A stretch of DNA of 64,000 nt, taken from NCBI GenBank assembly GCA_964384105.1, contig CAYLJV010000001.1:448001-512000 (forward strand), given 5' to 3'. The translations under genes and the position numbers were made by a program. Every line of letters starts with the position of its first letter. The stretch's first letter is position 1. Of the stretch, positions 59,761 to 64,000 are shown piece by piece. The stretch comes from Candidatus Hadarchaeota archaeon (GTDB taxonomy: Archaea > Hadarchaeota > Hadarchaeia > Hadarchaeales > JAGGTB01). The notes under the pieces are model-generated. The model did no database searches. It saw nothing but the letters and a program-made list of their open reading frames with translations, and was not told the origin of the DNA.

Positions 59761-61023
59761 GTGGATAATATGTCTGGAAAAAGTAAGAACAAGTATCAAT
59801 ATAAAAAGCTTCTTGAGAAATTGGAAGGAATAGAGGGTAGAGGTACTGAACTTGTAACGGTTTACATAACTCCGGGTTATGATCTCAATCAGGTGGTTCA
59901 GCAGTTGAGGGAGGAGGAGGGCACTGCCCAGAACATAAAGTCGAAAAATACGAGAAAAAACGTAGTTTCCGCATTACGTCGAATTATAAATTTTCTACAG
60001 AAGTATTCTGAAAAACATGGTAATGGGGCCCCGGAGCATGGAATGGCTATTTTTAGCGGTAATGTTTCGGGCGAGGAGGGAAAATCTGATATTAAATTGT
60101 ACTGGGTTGAACCTCCAGAGCCAATAGAATCTAGAATATATAGATGTGATCAAAATTTCCTGCTTGAACCCTTAAGTAAAGCCATGGAATCAAAGGAAAA
60201 AGTTGGATTAATTGTAGTTGATTCCAAGGATGCAACAATAGCGACTTTGAAAGGTAAAAATCTTAACATAGCTCGTAGGATGACCTCAGGAGTTTGGGGA
60301 AAGCATAGCAAGGGAGGACAATCCTCTCAGAGATTCGAAAGACTTAGGGAAAAAGCTCTCGATGAATTTTTGAAAAGAGCGGCAGCTTCTGCTAATCGTG
60401 AGTTTTATGATGATCCTGAGTTAAATGCTGTTCTTGTTGGAGGGCCTGGTCCTACAAAGGAGCGTTTTGTCAAAGAGGGTTATCTAAAGAATGAGGTTCA
60501 AGAAAAGATAGCTTCTGTTATTGATACGGGTTATTCGGATGAACAAGGTATTAAAGAATTGATGAATCGAGCGGAAGAGATTTTAGAGGGTTTAGAGGTT
60601 TCTAAGGAGAAATCTTTGATAAGAAGGTTTATGTCAGGTGTGGTTTCGAACGAAGGTTTGGTTACTTATGGGGAAGAGGAAGTTCGAAAACATTTAAAGA
60701 ATGGAGCCGTTGAGACTCTTTTGATTTCTGAAAGTCTGGATTTATATAGAGTTAATATTGAATGTGGCTCGTGTGGTGCGAAGTTTAGTGATATAGTTCG
60801 CGATAAGTTAAGTTTGGAACGGAAGTTATCAGAGAAACCGTGTCCGGAATGTGGGCAAACCGAACTCTCGTTAGTAAGTTCTAAAGATATAATTGGCGAG
60901 CTTTGTGATTTGGCTGATAAAACCGGAGCTGAAGTGGAGTTCATATCCGAGGAGACGGAGGAAGGCAAACAGTTTTCTAACGCCTTTAAAGGTATAGGCG
61001 CACTTTTGAGGTATAAGTTCTAG
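59761..61023 (+). CDS. prf1: Peptide chain release factor aRF1
   Basis: GRGTEL, NIKS, YRCD, KGGQSSQRF, GIGALLRY; Zn-ribbon insertion. Confidence 0.96.
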   Translation: MDNMSGKSKNKYQYKKLLEKLEGIEGRGTELVTVYITPGYDLNQVVQQLREEEGTAQNIKSKNTRKNVVSALRRIINFLQKYSEKHGNGAPEHGMAIFSGNVSGEEGKSDIKLYWVEPPEPIESRIYRCDQNFLLEPLSKAMESKEKVGLIVVDSKDATIATLKGKNLNIARRMTSGVWGKHSKGGQSSQRFERLREKALDEFLKRAAASANREFYDDPELNAVLVGGPGPTKERFVKEGYLKNEVQEKIASVIDTGYSDEQGIKELMNRAEEILEGLEVSKEKSLIRRFMSGVVSNEGLVTYGEEEVRKHLKNGAVETLLISESLDLYRVNIECGSCGAKFSDIVRDKLSLERKLSEKPCPECGQTELSLVSSKDIIGELCDLADKTGAEVEFISEETEEGKQFSNAFKGIGALLRYKF

Positions 61024-61162
61024 ATTTATTTTACGATACACACTACTAAAGCAAATAATTAGGAATTTGAACTGTTTTGGTCAAAAATTTATTTTTAGTT
61101 TTAGTGACAATAATAGAGACAAAGGATGATTGTAACGCTTTTTAAAATGGTAGGAACTTGAG

Positions 61163-63859
61163 ATGTCGGGCTCGAATGAAAATTTAACTTCAAAGTACAG
61201 CTCGAGGTCTGTCGAGGAAGTTTATGAAGATCTCAATGTTTCGAGAAGGTCTGGTCTGAGTGCAGCCGAAGTTGAAAAACGAAAAAAGAAATATGGTCTT
61301 AATAAGCTTCGAGAAACGAAGCAAGCATCGGCTATTGACATTCTTATTAATCAATTTAAGAGTCTCATAGTTTTGCTTCTTGTTGCCGCCGCTGTCATCT
61401 CTCTTATTTTTGGGGATCTGTTTGAGTCTATAGCTATCATGATAGTATTAGCTGTAAATACGGGCATTGGATTCTTTACTGAGATTAGAGCCGTTCGTTC
61501 CATGGAGGCACTTCGGAAGATGGGTAAGGTAGCTACGAGAGTTCGAAGAGATGGGGAGGTAAAGGAGATACCAGCTGACGAGATAGTACCCGGTGATGTA
61601 GTCCTGCTAAGCGGCGGGGATATTGTTACGGCAGATATTCGAATAGTGGAAGCGTCTAAACTTCAGTGCGATGAGTCTGCATTGACGGGAGAATCCGTTC
61701 CGGTAAGTAAAAATCCTGAAGTTATTGAAGAAGAAGTTTCGATTGCAGAAAGAAAGAATATGGTTTTCAAGGGAACTGCAGTCACTAGAGGAGAGGGGGA
61801 GGGAATAGTCGTTGGTACCGGTATGAATACTGAATTGGGAGAGATATCCACATTGGTTGGTGAAGCTGAGGATGAAAAGACTCCTTTGGAAAAAAAGTTG
61901 GCCAGTCTTGGAAATAAGCTTATATTGGTGACATTGGGGGTAGCAGCCGTCGCTACTATCTCTGGGATATTATCCGGTCGAGAAGTTTTCTTGATGGTGG
62001 AAACGGGGATAGCCTTGGCAGTAGCCGCTATTCCGGAGGGACTTCCAATCGTGGCTACTGTTGCTTTGGCTAGAGGTATGTGGAGAATGGCTAAGAGAAA
62101 TGCTTTGATTAATCAACTTTCTTCTGTAGAAACCCTCGGTGGAACTGGTATCATCTTTACCGATAAGACGGGTACGCTTACGGAAAATAAAATGACCGTC
62201 ACGAAATATGCTTTTGAGTCCGGAGACATAGACTTGGCGGGAGAAGGAGAGAGTCTAGATTCTAAATTCAGCGTGGATGAAAAGCCAATCAGGGTCGAGG
62301 AAAACAGGGTTTTGAAAGAAGCATTAGAGGTGGGGGTACTCTGCAATAATGCGTCTTTACCTAGATCCGAAGATCAAGATGATTCATTTGGGGATCCTCT
62401 TGAAATCAGCCTTTTGGTTGCGGGAAGAAAGGGTGGTATAAAAAGAAAGGAACTTCTCGAAAACCAGCCTGAGGTTCGGGAGGTTGCTTTTGATCCCGAG
62501 GTGAAAATGATGGCCACTTACCATAAGAAAAATAGGGGTTATAGAGTGGCTGTAAAAGGAGCTCCTGAGGTTGTCTTGAAGGCTTCTACTCATATTATGA
62601 CCGAGAGTGGAAAAACTGAGTTGAATGAAACTAATCGAGAAAAATGGTTAGAAAGAAACAAAGAAATGGCCAAAAAAGGACTCCGATTGTTGGCACTTGC
62701 TTCTAAAACTGTTGAATCCAGAGAGGAGGAGCCCTATCAGAATCTTACTTTCATCGGATTGGTCGCTATGTTAGATCCAGCTCGAGCAGATATTAAAGAG
62801 TCTATAGAGCGGGCGCAGCAGGCGGGAATAAGAGTGATAATGGTCACAGGTGATCAGGCTGATACGGCGAAGAATATAGGAATTTCAGTAGGTTTAGCGA
62901 AGGAGGAAGATGAGGTAATTCATGCTGATAATATAAGAAGTTTTCACGAATTATCGGAAGAAGAAAAAGAAATATTTTTGAGATCACCTATTTTTGCGAG
63001 AGTAAGTCCAAAACAAAAATTGGATATTTTGACCGCTCATCAAGAGACGGGTTCAGTAGTTGCGATGACCGGTGATGGAGTGAACGATGCACCGGCCCTC
63101 AAAAAGGCCGATATTGGTATTTCGATGGGTAAGCGAGGGACTCAAGTCGCCCAAGAAGCATCTGATATGGTTCTAAAAGACGATGCCTTTTCCACAATTT
63201 TGTCTGCGATCGAGGAAGGTAGGATAATATTCAACAATATAAAAAAGTTTGTTTTCTATCTGCTTTCCTGCAATATAAGTGAGATTATGGTCATTGCACT
63301 TGGCTCCGTATTGGGATTACCCCTACCACTTCTTCCCTTGCAAATTCTGTTTCTTAATATGGTAAATGATGTTTTTCCTGCTCTCTCTTTAGGTATGGGT
63401 GAGGGTAATCCAAATATAATGAATGAAGGGCCTCGGGATCCTAAAGAACCTGTGCTTACTAAAAATAATTGGTGGGGTATACTTGGATATGGAGCTATCA
63501 TAACAGCTTCAGTTATCATTTCACTGGTAGTGGCGTTAACGGTCTTGGGTCTGACTGGTACTAGGGCTATTACGATCTCATTTTTAACTCTGGCTCTTGC
63601 TCAGTTATGGCATGTCTTCAATATGAGGGGTAGAAACACTTCAGTCCTGTCAAATGAGGTAACTAGAAATAAGTATGTTTTAGGTTCTTTAGTTCTTTGC
63701 GTGGGTCTGATCTTTCTTGCTTTGTATGTTCCAGGGGTTTCTGACGTATTAGACTTAGTTCCTCCGGGTTTAGATGGTTGGGCACTTGTTATTGGATTGA
63801 GTCTGGTGCCTTTCATTATAGGTCAGTTGTTCTTGTCTTTTCCGGATTCTAAAAGGTGA
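61163..63859 (+). CDS. P-type cation-transporting ATPase, Ca2+-type IIA-like
   Basis: TGES, PEGLP, DKTGTLT, KGAPE, TGD, TGDGVNDAP. Confidence 0.95.
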   Translation: MSGSNENLTSKYSSRSVEEVYEDLNVSRRSGLSAAEVEKRKKKYGLNKLRETKQASAIDILINQFKSLIVLLLVAAAVISLIFGDLFESIAIMIVLAVNTGIGFFTEIRAVRSMEALRKMGKVATRVRRDGEVKEIPADEIVPGDVVLLSGGDIVTADIRIVEASKLQCDESALTGESVPVSKNPEVIEEEVSIAERKNMVFKGTAVTRGEGEGIVVGTGMNTELGEISTLVGEAEDEKTPLEKKLASLGNKLILVTLGVAAVATISGILSGREVFLMVETGIALAVAAIPEGLPIVATVALARGMWRMAKRNALINQLSSVETLGGTGIIFTDKTGTLTENKMTVTKYAFESGDIDLAGEGESLDSKFSVDEKPIRVEENRVLKEALEVGVLCNNASLPRSEDQDDSFGDPLEISLLVAGRKGGIKRKELLENQPEVREVAFDPEVKMMATYHKKNRGYRVAVKGAPEVVLKASTHIMTESGKTELNETNREKWLERNKEMAKKGLRLLALASKTVESREEEPYQNLTFIGLVAMLDPARADIKESIERAQQAGIRVIMVTGDQADTAKNIGISVGLAKEEDEVIHADNIRSFHELSEEEKEIFLRSPIFARVSPKQKLDILTAHQETGSVVAMTGDGVNDAPALKKADIGISMGKRGTQVAQEASDMVLKDDAFSTILSAIEEGRIIFNNIKKFVFYLLSCNISEIMVIALGSVLGLPLPLLPLQILFLNMVNDVFPALSLGMGEGNPNIMNEGPRDPKEPVLTKNNWWGILGYGAIITASVIISLVVALTVLGLTGTRAITISFLTLALAQLWHVFNMRGRNTSVLSNEVTRNKYVLGSLVLCVGLIFLALYVPGVSDVLDLVPPGLDGWALVIGLSLVPFIIGQLFLSFPDSKR

Positions 63860-63878
63860 TTGGATTTCTTTGGTCCGG

Positions 63879-64000
63879 TTAGTGAAGGAAGGCTCTCATT
63901 CCCCCTTTATAACCAGCTTTTTCCACTTCGGGAACGTGTGCAGCTGCCATATTGTGGCGCCTGAGGGCCTTATAAGCTGCTTCATCTCTTATAGAGCCAG
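63879..64000 (-). CDS. Probable 3' end of a gene entering from outside the window
   Basis: Open frame ...GSIRDEAAYKALRRHNMAAAHVPEVEKAGYKGGMRAFLH* convergent with the ATPase. Confidence 0.4.
   Translation of the reverse strand, partial: GSIRDEAAYKALRRHNMAAAHVPEVEKAGYKGGMRAFLH

Noticed and set aside
63860-64000. Possible structured RNA (RNase P-like) at the window end
   Set aside because: Lacks the conserved RNase P motifs; better explained as the 3' end of a minus-strand CDS.

Overview
This is a 64 kb chromosomal window from an anaerobic archaeon. The archaeal markers are PAN, TFE, aTrm56, aRF1, archaeal tRNAs, GGAGGTGA Shine-Dalgarno sites and TATA promoters; the lineage cannot be fixed from this window. 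From left to right it holds: a type I-B-like CRISPR adaptation module (cas4, an inserted AAA ATPase, cas1, cas2) with a 48-repeat array; trpB2; a TusA/DsrE, hemerythrin, radical SAM, atypical CooS and Fe-S regulator stress block; housekeeping genes; two paralogous TetR/split-permease cassettes; a P-type ATPase; a PAS histidine kinase; tRNA-Ile; an ABC exporter and a run of membrane proteins I could not assign; tRNA-Ala; ferritin and peroxiredoxin genes; valS, cooC and pyrH; a heliorhodopsin with a pyrimidine-dimer-glycosylase-like gene and a zinc microprotein; a hybrid [NiFe]/[FeFe]-type hydrogenase operon; aRF1; and a second P-type ATPase. Main highlights: (1) the hydrogenase operon has reciprocally swapped [NiFe]-small-subunit and HydA halves, an order consistent with a circularly permuted hydCBA inserted into the small-subunit gene, and an eroded H-cluster domain; (2) two box C/D sRNAs in intergenic DNA, one predicted to guide 2'-O-methylation of 16S C1402; (3) the terminal CRISPR repeat encodes the C-terminus and stop codon of a convergent gene; (4) spacers point to a tailed virus (terminase motif) and to two variants of one target; (5) a CooS with non-canonical active-site residues shares a promoter motif with a hemerythrin operon; (6) the heliorhodopsin/UV-repair cluster. 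All calls come from reading motifs by eye; no database search was run.
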